Source of the DNA: a virus
Virus record (IMG/VR): IMGVR_UViG_3300005512_000241
DNA length: 28,726 nt
Direction: 5' to 3' (one strand)
Position 1 is the stretch's first letter, and each line of letters begins with the position of its first letter. Of this stretch, positions 15,550 through 25,265 are shown one piece after another. Made by a program: the position numbers and the translations under genes. A model generated the notes under the pieces. That model made no database searches and was not told the origin of the DNA. It worked only from the letters and a program-made list of their open reading frames with translations.

Positions 15550-15861
15550 ATGGCGGTTGAATCTCTCGACGATCTTGCGGTTTTTGTTGGCATCAATGAT
15601 TTTGGTGTCGCGGCGACCTATACGCCGACCGGCGGATCGGCAACAACCGTCAACGGAATTTTTGACAACGACATCGTTGAGGTTGACGCGGGTGGCAATA
15701 TTCCGATGGCCGTTCGCCAACCTCGATTCCTATGTCGAACGAATGATGTTTCTAGCGCGGTCGAGGGTGATGCGTTGGTTGTAAATGCCACAGATTACAC
15801 GATCCGCGTTGTGGATCACGATGGCACCGGAATGACCACCCTGGCGTTGGAGAAAGTATAA
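15550..15861 (+). CDS. Head-tail joining / head closure protein (lambda FII-like pattern).
   Basis: Position and the pattern FGVAATYTP...NGIFDNDIVEVD...PRFLCRTNDV...GDALVVNATDYTI. RBS AAGGA. Confidence 0.5.
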   Translation: MAVESLDDLAVFVGINDFGVAATYTPTGGSATTVNGIFDNDIVEVDAGGNIPMAVRQPRFLCRTNDVSSAVEGDALVVNATDYTIRVVDHDGTGMTTLALEKV

Positions 15862-16302
15862 ATGGCGCATATTCGCAAACTTATCCGCGACAACATCGAA
15901 ACAACATTGACCGGCCTCACAACGACCGGTTCCAATGTTTTCGCCTCAAGAGTTTATCCAATACAAACGGCCAAAATGCCTGGCCTTTGTATCTACACCT
16001 CGAGCGAAACGATTGAGGCTCAAACGATCAAGCCGCCGCGAGGTCTTATTCGATCGCTCGAGGTGTCAGTTGAGGCATATGTCGAGAGCGCGGTGGCGGA
16101 TGATGTTCTCGATACGATTGCGGCGGAAGTTGAGGCGGCGATGACCACCGATCTCACCAGGGGCGGAAATGCCAAGGACACAAGGTTGGTTTCTTTCGAG
16201 GCCGATTTTGCCGGAGAGGGCGAACGGCCGGTTGTTGTGGGTCGATTTATTTTCGAAATCGTGTATTCTACACAAGAAACCGATGCCGAAACGGTCTATT
16301 AA
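15862..16302 (+). CDS. Tail completion / tail terminator-like protein.
   Basis: Position upstream of the major tail gene. N-terminal pattern IRKLIRDNIETTLTGL...VYPIQ...PGLCIYTSSE is typical of neck/terminator proteins. Confidence 0.45.
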   Translation: MAHIRKLIRDNIETTLTGLTTTGSNVFASRVYPIQTAKMPGLCIYTSSETIEAQTIKPPRGLIRSLEVSVEAYVESAVADDVLDTIAAEVEAAMTTDLTRGGNAKDTRLVSFEADFAGEGERPVVVGRFIFEIVYSTQETDAETVY

Positions 16303-16318
16303 ATAGGAGACTGAAAAC

Positions 16319-16489
16319 ATGGCGAAACGAATCCAAGTTTATCCACCGACCGGCGGAATGCCGATCACGATAAACGCACAAGATTTGGCATCATTCGAGG
16401 CCAAAGGATGGACGGACTCACCCCGATCATCCAAACCAAAGGCAACCAAAAAGGTTGCCAAAACTGAAACCCTTGAAAGTGAGGATTAA
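16319..16489 (+). CDS. Small hypothetical protein (56 aa), not in the ORF track.
   Basis: Translated by hand: MAKRIQVYPPTGGMPITINAQDLASFEAKGWTDSPRSSKPKATKKVAKTETLESED. Strong RBS AGGAGA 8 nt upstream. Fills the gap between flanking genes. Confidence 0.55.
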   Translation: MAKRIQVYPPTGGMPITINAQDLASFEAKGWTDSPRSSKPKATKKVAKTETLESED

Positions 16490-16492
16490 AAA

Positions 16493-16885
16493 ATGGCGAC
16501 ATTTACCGGAAGCGATGGGGTGATCTTGGTCGGAACAGACCAGGTTGCCGAGGTTCGTTCATACTCAATCGATGAGACAATGGACACCCTAGAAGACACA
16601 GCAATGGGTGACACATCGCGCACCTATAAAACATCTTTGAAATCATTCAGTGGTTCGGCCGATGTTTTCTTTGACGATACCGACACCGCCGGCCAAGGCG
16701 CGTTGACAGTGGGTTCAGAGGTGACATTGAACGTTCAGTTCGAAGGTAACACAACAGGCGATCACAAGTTGAGCGGGACAGTTCTAATCACTGGCCGCAC
16801 AATTTCGGCATCGTTCGACGGTATGGTTGAGGCATCGATCTCATTCCAAGGCACCGGCGCACTATCTGAAACCACAGTGGCATAA
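16493..16885 (+). CDS. Major tail protein (siphovirus type).
   Basis: 130 aa, immediately upstream of the G/GT chaperones and tape measure. Pattern S.S...D.T..GD...YK.SLKSFSGS...F is typical of Phage_tail_2-like tube proteins. Confidence 0.7.
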   Translation: MATFTGSDGVILVGTDQVAEVRSYSIDETMDTLEDTAMGDTSRTYKTSLKSFSGSADVFFDDTDTAGQGALTVGSEVTLNVQFEGNTTGDHKLSGTVLITGRTISASFDGMVEASISFQGTGALSETTVA

Positions 16886-16896
16886 GGATTTGAATA

Positions 16897-17262
16897 ATGG
16901 CGGCTAATTCAAAATCCCCTGGTTTGAGCGTTATCGAACGCGCAAAGAATCATTATCAAAATCAACCCATCAAGGAAATTGTCGTTCCAGAATGGGCGGA
17001 TGAGGATGGTCATCCTTTCGTGTTTTACGCTCGACCCTTTACCTTACAAGACCAAGGCAAGTTGCAGTTCGCGGTTAAGAATCAATCCGAGGCCGATGCA
17101 CTTGCCGAGGTTCTTGTTCTCAAGGCACTCGATGCCGAGGGAAACAAGATTTTCCAAATCAGTGATAAAAAAGACCTACGCAACCAGGTTGACGCAACGG
17201 TTCTCGCCAGAATCGCCAATCAAATCATGGGATCGGCGGTTGAGGATTTGGAAAAAAACTAA
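16897..17262 (+). CDS. Tail assembly chaperone (gpG-like), the zero-frame product.
   Basis: Lies between the major tail and tape measure genes. Ends at TAA 17260..17262, directly after a slippery heptamer. Confidence 0.75.
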   Translation: MAANSKSPGLSVIERAKNHYQNQPIKEIVVPEWADEDGHPFVFYARPFTLQDQGKLQFAVKNQSEADALAEVLVLKALDAEGNKIFQISDKKDLRNQVDATVLARIANQIMGSAVEDLEKN

Positions 17263-17462
17263 GGGAGAGCGAGGAACGACAGTTCAAATTTTTCCTCGCC
17301 GAGAAACTAGGCAAGACGGTTGAGCAAATCGAAACCGAAATGTCAGTTGATGAGTTTATGGAATGGTCGGTTTACATTCAAATTCAATCCGACCGGCAAC
17401 GACAGGCGATGAAAAAGAATGGCAACCAACAGGCTCGAAACCCGCTTAACCGCAAGAGATGA
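16897..17462 (+). CDS. Tail assembly chaperone GT-like fusion made by a -1 programmed frameshift at 17253..17259.
   Basis: The -1 frame after the slip reads KKLRESEERQFKFFLAEKLGKTVEQIETEMSVDEFMEWSVYIQIQSDRQRQAMKK... up to TGA 17460..17462. LAEKLG.T..E....MS..EF.EW is typical of gpT extensions. Confidence 0.65.
17253..17259 (+). other. Slippery heptanucleotide A_AAA_AAC (-1 ribosomal frameshift site).
   Basis: The X_XXY_YYZ pattern in the zero frame (gaA AAA AAC taa), immediately before the G stop codon. Confidence 0.65.
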
Positions 17463-20211
17463 AACCGCTCGAGCATTTAGAACGCTGCAATCCAACCTGG
17501 GAAGGGTGGAAACGGCGTTTCTAAATGTTGCGAAAGTTGCGGGTGCATTAGGCGCGGTTTTCGCCGGAGCCTTTGTTCGTGATCTAGTCAACGTCAACAA
17601 AGAGTTCCAAAGCCTCAAAGCCTCGCTCGTAACCTTTACCGGATCGGTCGAAAGCGCGGATGGCGCGTTTCGAATCTTGCAAGATTTTGCAAAACAAACG
17701 CCATTCTCATTGCAAGAGGTTGTTGGTTCGTTCAACCTCTTGGTTTCGCAAGGCATTCGACCGACCGAATCTCAACTTATGTCATTCGCCGACATCGCCG
17801 GCGGCACATCGAAATCCATCATGCAATTCGCCGAAGCGGTGGCGGATGCGTCGATGGGCGAGTTCGAACGATTAAAAGAGTTCGGCATCAAGGCATCGAA
17901 AGAGGGAGATCAAATCACCCTCAGAATGGGCGACATCACAAAGGTTGTGAACAACGATTCGGCCTCGATTGTCCAGGCATTGACCGAAATTGCGGATGTT
18001 CAGTTTGCCGGCGGCGCAGCGCGTCAGGCGGCGACCCTGGGCGGTGCAATGACCAATTTGCGGGACACCATCGATGGATTCATGTTCACCATTGGTGAGG
18101 CCGGATTTGGCCGCGCATTGGCGGAATCGATCCAGGAATTGACCAGGTTCATCGATGGCAATGATGCACTGGCCGAATTGATCTCGGACAAGATGACCAA
18201 GGCGTTGATGTTATTCACCGCCGGAATCAAGTTGGTGTTCAGCAATGCCGACACCTTATTCCAAATCCTCGATGTTGTGTTTGGCGTTGCCATCATCAAA
18301 AAGGTGATTGGCGTTGCGAATGCGGTTGTGAAGTTCGCCAAAACGATTGCCAGGGCGCAAATTACCTTGTCGGTGATCTCAACCGTTATGACATTGACCA
18401 AAGGGAACTTGTTGGCCTTGGGCGGTGTCCTGGCGGCGGGTGCAATCGCAGTCACCGAGTTCAACCAGGAACTCATCGATGGCGTTGAGGCTCTCGCCGA
18501 TATGATTAGTTTCACCGCCATCCTCGAAACGGCGGAACGCGCACTTGGCCTTGAGTTTTTAAGCGTTACGGATGCGATTGAGGATTTCAATCGTGAAACC
18601 GAGTTCACCAACCAATCGGTTCTCTCGAATACCTCGACACTTTTGGATTTCATTCCAACGGTCGATGGCGTTGGTGGCGCACTCGATGGATCGACAATTT
18701 CGGCGAGTGATTTCTCGGCCGCTCTCGATGCGATGAAAAAGAGAATTTCGCCAGTTGAAACGGCGATCACCGATTTGAAAGATGAAAAGGCCGCGTTGCA
18801 AACGATGGTTGAGGCCGGCATCATCACAATGGGTGACATGGAAGATGCACTCAATGGCCTAGCGCGTGAGGCTCTCGGCCTCGACACAACGTTGTCGGAT
18901 TTGGCAAGCCGTCAGGAGATCGCCGAAAAAGCGTTCGCGGCGGGAATCATCACTGGCCAGGAATACGAGAACATTCTTTCCGACATCAAATCGGAAACGA
19001 TCGATTATCGCGCGGAAACCGAAAAGACATTCGGAGCCGGTGCGATCAAAGGCGTGAAAGATTATTATCAATCGATTTCGGACAATGCCGCAAACATGGG
19101 CGATTTCGTTGGCAACACATTCGCCTCGCTCGAGGGAACATTGTCCGATTTCTTTATGACCGGCAAACTTGATTTCGGCACGTTCACAGATGCCATCAAG
19201 CGCGGTCTTGCCGATCTTGCGGCCAAGGCGGTCATCACCACCGGTTTGAATTTCCTTAGTGATATTTTTCCGACCCTATCATTCGCCGATGGTGGTTTGG
19301 TTCCTGGTTCCGGTGGGCCAAAGGCCGATGATGTTTTGGCGCGTGTTTCATCCGGCGAATATGTCATCCAGGCATCGAGTGTTTCCAAGTTTGGCCGAGG
19401 TTTCTTTGATGCGCTAAACGGCGGGAAAATGCCATCGGGCGGGATGTCGGTTGATGCCGGAATCATGAACTCAATCACACCAGGGTTTTTCCTGGGTGGT
19501 ATATTCGATGCGATCGGCGACATCATTGGCGGAATCGTTGATGCGATCACCGGCGTTGTGAATGGGATCATCAATGCCATCAAAGATGTGATCGGTGCGG
19601 TTTCCAATGCGATCAAGGGATTGGTTGAGGGTATTATGAGCGGCGATCTTTTGACGATCGCATCATTGGCATCGGCATTCATCTTGCCAGGCGTTGGAGC
19701 GGCCATTGCCGGAAACCTTGCGGGTGGTTCCGGATTTATCTCGGCGGTGACAACCGGAATCTCGGAATCGTTTGCAGCCGGCATTCTCGGATCGGGCAGT
19801 TTGTCATCGATCGCAACATCGGTCGGGATCGAGTTGGCCAAGGATACGTTTGTCGATGGCCTATCATCGGCGTTGGCGGATAAGATTGTCGGAATCACTG
19901 GCGGCATGGGGCAATCAAAAGGCGCATATGCACAAGATCGAGCCGATCGATTCAAAACACTTTACAACGAAGCCTCACCATATTTGGCCGCGATGAATGG
20001 TGCAAATGTTCACGCCGGCGACAACGTGAAGGTTGGAGAGCGTGGGCCGGAGATGTTTATTCCTGGGCGCGATGGAACGATCGCACCAATCAAGGGCAAC
20101 GCATCCGAACTCATTGGCGCGGTGAATGATATGAAAAACGAAATCATCACCTTACGCCGGCAAATGTCGCGGATGATGGCGGCGGGTGGCCTTGCGGGAG
20201 CGCGTTCATAA
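17419..20211 (+). CDS. Tail tape measure protein (930 aa).
   Basis: Size and position. Long helical A/L/I-rich sequence. Conserved-style motifs GGLVPGSGGPKADDVLARVSSGEYVIQASSV and VGERGPEMFIPGRDGTIAP. Confidence 0.9.
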   Translation: MATNRLETRLTARDETARAFRTLQSNLGRVETAFLNVAKVAGALGAVFAGAFVRDLVNVNKEFQSLKASLVTFTGSVESADGAFRILQDFAKQTPFSLQEVVGSFNLLVSQGIRPTESQLMSFADIAGGTSKSIMQFAEAVADASMGEFERLKEFGIKASKEGDQITLRMGDITKVVNNDSASIVQALTEIADVQFAGGAARQAATLGGAMTNLRDTIDGFMFTIGEAGFGRALAESIQELTRFIDGNDALAELISDKMTKALMLFTAGIKLVFSNADTLFQILDVVFGVAIIKKVIGVANAVVKFAKTIARAQITLSVISTVMTLTKGNLLALGGVLAAGAIAVTEFNQELIDGVEALADMISFTAILETAERALGLEFLSVTDAIEDFNRETEFTNQSVLSNTSTLLDFIPTVDGVGGALDGSTISASDFSAALDAMKKRISPVETAITDLKDEKAALQTMVEAGIITMGDMEDALNGLAREALGLDTTLSDLASRQEIAEKAFAAGIITGQEYENILSDIKSETIDYRAETEKTFGAGAIKGVKDYYQSISDNAANMGDFVGNTFASLEGTLSDFFMTGKLDFGTFTDAIKRGLADLAAKAVITTGLNFLSDIFPTLSFADGGLVPGSGGPKADDVLARVSSGEYVIQASSVSKFGRGFFDALNGGKMPSGGMSVDAGIMNSITPGFFLGGIFDAIGDIIGGIVDAITGVVNGIINAIKDVIGAVSNAIKGLVEGIMSGDLLTIASLASAFILPGVGAAIAGNLAGGSGFISAVTTGISESFAAGILGSGSLSSIATSVGIELAKDTFVDGLSSALADKIVGITGGMGQSKGAYAQDRADRFKTLYNEASPYLAAMNGANVHAGDNVKVGERGPEMFIPGRDGTIAPIKGNASELIGAVNDMKNEIITLRRQMSRMMAAGGLAGARS

Positions 20212-21716
20212 TGGTTGCAACAACACTCGCGGAATTAGTCGCTAATCCCTACGCAAAGAAAAAATACCTCTTAATCGTGAAACCCTACAATGTCGCAACA
20301 TCAACCGAGTTGACGTTGTATTATTCCGGCGAGGGGTTCATCACCTCACCAACCGAAACACCGGCGAACACATTGTTCGAGCCTCGATTGGTTGAACCAA
20401 TCTCATTCTCGAGATCGATGTTTTCCTCGGGCAAGATCGGTGGTTTCTCTCAACCTGGTTTCGGCGAAATCGTGATGACCAATGCCGATGGTGGCCTCGA
20501 TGATTGGGCGGGTTATGCCTGGGATGGCCGTTCGGTTGAGGTGCGCGTTGGTGAATCCGGCGCGGCCTTACAATATTATTTCACCATATTCGATGGCCAG
20601 GCTCACTCGATCGAGTTCGATGACCTATATATTCGGATCATCTTGCGGGATGACCAGAACGATTTTGTGGTCGATTATCCGGATACACTTTACGCCGGTA
20701 CCGGTGGCAATGAGGGATCGAGCGATCTTGCCAACCAACCAAAGCCTCATTGCTATGGCGAGGTTTACAACATCGAGCCGGTGTTGGTGGATTCCACAAA
20801 TTACGTTTACCAGGTGCATGATGGCGACATCGAGGCAATAACGGCGGTTTACCAGGGCGGCGTTGCGTTGACCCTTACAACCGATTACACGGTCGATTTG
20901 GCCAATGGGCGGTTCACCCTGGTTGCGGCACCCACCGGCATCATCACGGCCGATGTGAAGGGTTCCAAGGTCGATGGCACATATCTCGAGAGCGCGGCCG
21001 ACATTATTCAACACATTGTCGAGGATCATGCCGGTTTCACTTATCCAGGGGATTTCGACACCGCATCATTCACCGCATTGAACACGGCCAATTCGTCAAC
21101 CATTGGCGTTTATGATCGCAACATGACAACGGTTGCCGAGGTTCTCGATCGCATCATCAACACGGTTGGCGGTTTTTATGGGTTCGATCGAAATGGCAAA
21201 TTCCAGGTTGGCCGAGTTGAGCTGCCAACCGGCACGGCCGATGCCGATTTTGATTCAACCAACATCATCGAAATCACTCGCCTCGCCTCGGCGGTTCCAA
21301 ATTACCAGGTTCGAGTTGATTATAAAAAGAACCACCGCGTGATGAGTGAATCGGATTTCGATGCATCGATCACAACGGCGCAACGCGATTACTTGGTTCG
21401 AGATGCCAATGTTGAGATTGCCACCGACACAAACGTTCAAACACCCTATCCAAATTCCACAGCGTTGATTGTGAATGGCCTCTTTGCCGAGTCATCACCG
21501 GCATCAACCGAGGCGACCAGGTTGTTGAACATATACAAAGCGCAGCGCGATTTTTATCGAATCCTGGTCAAAACCCAACCTTACACATTGAAATTGAATG
21601 ATGTGGTAAAAATCACGTTTAATCGCTATAATCTCGACAGTGGCAAATTGTTTCGCGTGATCTCGATCGTTGAGGATGCCGCGAACAACGAGGTCGAATT
21701 GGAGTTGTGGGGTTAA
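20211..21716 (+). CDS. Minor tail protein (distal tail / tip complex component); function inferred from position only.
   Basis: TAATG coupling to the tape measure gene. 501 aa. Confidence 0.6.
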   Translation: MVATTLAELVANPYAKKKYLLIVKPYNVATSTELTLYYSGEGFITSPTETPANTLFEPRLVEPISFSRSMFSSGKIGGFSQPGFGEIVMTNADGGLDDWAGYAWDGRSVEVRVGESGAALQYYFTIFDGQAHSIEFDDLYIRIILRDDQNDFVVDYPDTLYAGTGGNEGSSDLANQPKPHCYGEVYNIEPVLVDSTNYVYQVHDGDIEAITAVYQGGVALTLTTDYTVDLANGRFTLVAAPTGIITADVKGSKVDGTYLESAADIIQHIVEDHAGFTYPGDFDTASFTALNTANSSTIGVYDRNMTTVAEVLDRIINTVGGFYGFDRNGKFQVGRVELPTGTADADFDSTNIIEITRLASAVPNYQVRVDYKKNHRVMSESDFDASITTAQRDYLVRDANVEIATDTNVQTPYPNSTALIVNGLFAESSPASTEATRLLNIYKAQRDFYRILVKTQPYTLKLNDVVKITFNRYNLDSGKLFRVISIVEDAANNEVELELWG

Positions 21717-21719
21717 GCA

Positions 21720-22571
21720 ATGTCGAACAATATGATAATTTCATCGACCAATTATTCGGACACCGGAACCCTCACGGTTGATGATGAGGTTGCAACATTA
21801 CCGGCCTCGAATTTGCAAGATCAACAGATCGTTAAGATTTGGCGCAACACACAAACATCGGCGCAGATCGATGTTGATTTCGGCCAACAACGCATCATCG
21901 ATTTCATGGCGTTGATCCGGCATAATATTTCACAAACCGGAACGATCCGGTGGCGTTTGTCGGCGGTGTCTGATTTCTCAACAACAGTCTATGATTCCGG
22001 CACAATCGATGCCTGGCCGATCGTTGAGGAATTTGGAACGTTGCCGTGGGGCGTGTTTCAATGGGGTGGTCGATTGAACCCCGAGGTCGCGGCCGAATAC
22101 ACAATTTCATCGTTTGATGTTCTCACATCGGCGGTTCAAGCGCGATATTTGCGCATCGACATTTCGGATTCATTGAATGCCGATGGATATTTGCAAGCGG
22201 GTCGATTGATTGCGGGGCCATCATACCGGCCATCGGTCAACTATGCCAACGGCGTTCAATTCGAGTTTGTGGATGAATCCAGAATCACGAAATCGCGCGG
22301 TGGTCAAACCTTTGTTGATGAGGTTGAGCGTTATCGCGTGATGAGGTTTGAATTGATTAACTTGCCGGAAAACGAAATGTTCGGCAACGTGTTCAATTCG
22401 ATCGATCGATTGCGCGGTGTTTCAAAAGATATTTTGGTCATTCCGCAACCGGCCAAATCATCAACATGGATCACGCAAAACATTTATGGTAGGATCAGGC
22501 AAACCCAACCGATCACAAATTCGGCTCTCACCTATTATGGTCGAATGATTGAGGTTGAGGAACTAATTTAG
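21720..22571 (+). CDS. Minor tail / tip protein (283 aa); function inferred from position only.
   Basis: Track ORF between a tail protein and the tail fibre. Confidence 0.55.
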   Translation: MSNNMIISSTNYSDTGTLTVDDEVATLPASNLQDQQIVKIWRNTQTSAQIDVDFGQQRIIDFMALIRHNISQTGTIRWRLSAVSDFSTTVYDSGTIDAWPIVEEFGTLPWGVFQWGGRLNPEVAAEYTISSFDVLTSAVQARYLRIDISDSLNADGYLQAGRLIAGPSYRPSVNYANGVQFEFVDESRITKSRGGQTFVDEVERYRVMRFELINLPENEMFGNVFNSIDRLRGVSKDILVIPQPAKSSTWITQNIYGRIRQTQPITNSALTYYGRMIEVEELI

Positions 22572-22583
22572 AGGAAACGCAAA

Positions 22584-24947
22584 ATGGCATATCCGGTCAC
22601 ACTAAACGGTCGCACTTATACACTCGCAGATTTCGAGGGTACAAATTACGTTGAAGGATTGCCGGATGCGTTTGAGGATTTCGTCACTCACGCCGGCGAT
22701 ATTTACAATTCGACATCGACAACATCGAACTCGATCGGAACCGGATCAAAGACATTTACGGTTGAATCCGCGAAGCCATACCAGGCCGGAACCCCATTGC
22801 GGATTGCGGATGCGGCGGCACCATCGACGAATTTCATCGATGCGATCGTCACCTCTTATTCCGGAACGACCCTGGTTGTGGATTCGGTTGGATATGCCGG
22901 ATCGGGAACATTCACATCCTGGAACGTCAACATCGGCGGTTCGGCATCGGTTGCCGGCACGGTTGCGATTGCACAAGGCGGAACCGGAGCAACAACGGCG
23001 GCGGCAGCGCGAACAAACCTGGACGTTTATTCCAAATCAGATGCGGATTCACGGTTCTTGAATGTTTCCGGTGAGGCATCCGATGTCACGATGACCGGCA
23101 ACGTCACGATCGGTGATGCGGGAACGGATACGCTAACGATCAACGCAGCAACCACCACAACGGCGAATATTTCGTTCGGTGATGATGATGAGGCTATTTT
23201 TGGGGCGGGTTCTGATCTCAAGATTTATCACAATTCGTCAAATGGGAAATCATATATCGAAGAAAGTGGATCAGGAAATTTAGTGATTCGCGGATCAGAT
23301 ATTGATATTTTGTCCGGCAACGGTGAGCCGGCAATCACGGCGGCACAAGATGGCGCAGTGACTCTATATTATGACAATTCGCCCAAACTCACCACAGTTG
23401 CATCGGGAATCGAAATAGAGCCAAGCACATCGGATCGCGGAATTTATTGGAAAAGGTCGAGTGATGATTGGACGAATGGGGAAATTCGTGTTGAATATAA
23501 CGCCAATTATGGCGGTACTATGGTTTTCGGAACTAGCCCAACAGGCTCTTTGACAACCACAAACGTCGATCGATTGGATATTACAAACAATGGTGAGGTT
23601 CGGTTTTATGAGGACACCGGAGCATCGCCAAAAATGTTCTGGAATCCAAGCGACGAAAACTTATCGATAGGCACATCAGATGGATTTGGTCAGCTTATAG
23701 TTAAGGACACCATTCAGCTTTATAATAACAGCGTTGATGGGCCATCATACACCAATCAGGTTATTGGGGAAATCAACTCTCAGGTTCGATCATATGGCGC
23801 ATCAATTTCAACGGCAAGATATGCCGCGATTGAGTTTTGTGTCAGTCCATCCGCATATTATCAGGGAGATATTCGATTTTTCACAAATGGCAGCGATGGC
23901 ACCTCGAGTGTTGGCACCGAGAGAATGCGGATTCGAGAAAATGGAAAAATCGGAATCGGAACAGGTGGCCCAACAGGTGATCTTTCGATCTCGGACGCCA
24001 CATATCTTTCAAGCGCATCGACAGTCGGCGCAAAGTTTACATTAAACTCGGAAAACACCTCATCTTGGTTGGGAACTCGGGAACTCATTGCTCTTGAGAG
24101 CGTTGGCAATGGAGCCGATCACAGAACCGGAACGTTGTCAGTTAAACTTAAAAAGGGCAATTCTGATACTACGTTGACCGAATATATGCAGATCAACGCG
24201 GTCTCAAATTATCTGACGTTCACGCCAAGCGGCAATGAGCGTATGCGTATTAATAACAACACAACAACATTGACGACCAATTCGGCGGAATATTATGCGA
24301 CAGGAATGCAGATAAACAGCCAAAACGCCGATTTTTCTGGTGCATTGTTGGATATGCGTGTCACCAGTGGCGCGATAAACAGCGTAAACGGTCGGTTCTT
24401 GCGTTTTTATGGTGGCAACGGAACAGGTGAGCGTTTCCATGTAAAAGGCTCTGGTGAAATCTATACGGCGGCGGGGATTAAATTTGACGATGCCGGTTCC
24501 TCTGGGACATCCACAAGCAACACCCTCGATTCGTATGAAGAGGGGACTTTTACTCCAACCTTAGAAGACCCTGATAGTGGAAATGCAGTTAGTGGTTATT
24601 ACTATAGGACAGGAAGATACACAAAAATCGGAAGTGTTGTTCACATATCCATAACACTATCACCTTCAAACATGGGAACTCTTACAAATTCAACGGATAA
24701 CGTTCACATAACTGGATTGCCATTTGCGTCACGGGGCAGCATTCCGAACGACACTCAGGTATTGCCAATTTCTAGTTTTAACACCGGATCATATTCTTAT
24801 GTTGTCGCAAGACTAGCACAAAACACAACCCAACTAGAAATTAGAAACATCTATGCATCAGGTGGCGGTTGGAATTACGTTAAAGGCAACGAAATGGGGG
24901 CGGGCAGTCAACAAATTGTAACAGCAACGTATTTAACAGACGCATAA
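22584..24947 (+). CDS. Tail fibre / receptor-binding protein (787 aa) with a compositionally foreign C-terminal part.
   Basis: Motif IAQGGTGATTAAAARTNLDVYSKSDADSRF is common in phage fibres. G/S/T/N-rich repeats. RBS GAGGAAA. Confidence 0.8.
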   Translation: MAYPVTLNGRTYTLADFEGTNYVEGLPDAFEDFVTHAGDIYNSTSTTSNSIGTGSKTFTVESAKPYQAGTPLRIADAAAPSTNFIDAIVTSYSGTTLVVDSVGYAGSGTFTSWNVNIGGSASVAGTVAIAQGGTGATTAAAARTNLDVYSKSDADSRFLNVSGEASDVTMTGNVTIGDAGTDTLTINAATTTTANISFGDDDEAIFGAGSDLKIYHNSSNGKSYIEESGSGNLVIRGSDIDILSGNGEPAITAAQDGAVTLYYDNSPKLTTVASGIEIEPSTSDRGIYWKRSSDDWTNGEIRVEYNANYGGTMVFGTSPTGSLTTTNVDRLDITNNGEVRFYEDTGASPKMFWNPSDENLSIGTSDGFGQLIVKDTIQLYNNSVDGPSYTNQVIGEINSQVRSYGASISTARYAAIEFCVSPSAYYQGDIRFFTNGSDGTSSVGTERMRIRENGKIGIGTGGPTGDLSISDATYLSSASTVGAKFTLNSENTSSWLGTRELIALESVGNGADHRTGTLSVKLKKGNSDTTLTEYMQINAVSNYLTFTPSGNERMRINNNTTTLTTNSAEYYATGMQINSQNADFSGALLDMRVTSGAINSVNGRFLRFYGGNGTGERFHVKGSGEIYTAAGIKFDDAGSSGTSTSNTLDSYEEGTFTPTLEDPDSGNAVSGYYYRTGRYTKIGSVVHISITLSPSNMGTLTNSTDNVHITGLPFASRGSIPNDTQVLPISSFNTGSYSYVVARLAQNTTQLEIRNIYASGGGWNYVKGNEMGAGSQQIVTATYLTDA

Positions 24948-24998
24948 CCCACCGCATAGCTTTGGGTCGGACAGTCCAACCATCATAGGAGATAAACG

Positions 24999-25265
24999 AT
25001 GGCACTCGAAAAAGTAATAACAAACGATCGGATTGAGATCGTTGGTGATTATAGGCTTATTCACATCAGAACAAAAACGGCGGTTCTCGAGGATGGTGTT
25101 GAATTATCGTCAAGCTATCATCGGAATGTAATTGCGCCAGGTGATGACGTTTCCGGTGAAACCACCGAGATTCAAGACATTGCGGCAACCGTTCACACAC
25201 AAGCGGTGATCGATGCCTATGCCGCACATCTAGCGGCACAAGCACAAGAACCAGAGGCGGAATAA
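24999..25265 (+). CDS. Hypothetical protein (88 aa).
   Basis: Track ORF. RBS AGGAGA. Confidence 0.65.
   Translation: MALEKVITNDRIEIVGDYRLIHIRTKTAVLEDGVELSSSYHRNVIAPGDDVSGETTEIQDIAATVHTQAVIDAYAAHLAAQAQEPEAE

Noticed and set aside
18024-19955. Two long minus-strand ORFs (18024..18887, 287 aa; 19068..19955, 295 aa) inside the tape-measure gene.
   Set aside because: They are antisense shadow ORFs of a strongly supported 930-aa gene. Their products are low-complexity (S/A/P/I-rich), they lack RBS context, and they would break the unidirectional late operon.
24605-24611. An extra TAGGACA iteron core inside the tail-fibre gene.
   Set aside because: It is a single 7-bp match without the flanking TTT/T consensus, in a compositionally foreign segment. 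That fits chance occurrence.
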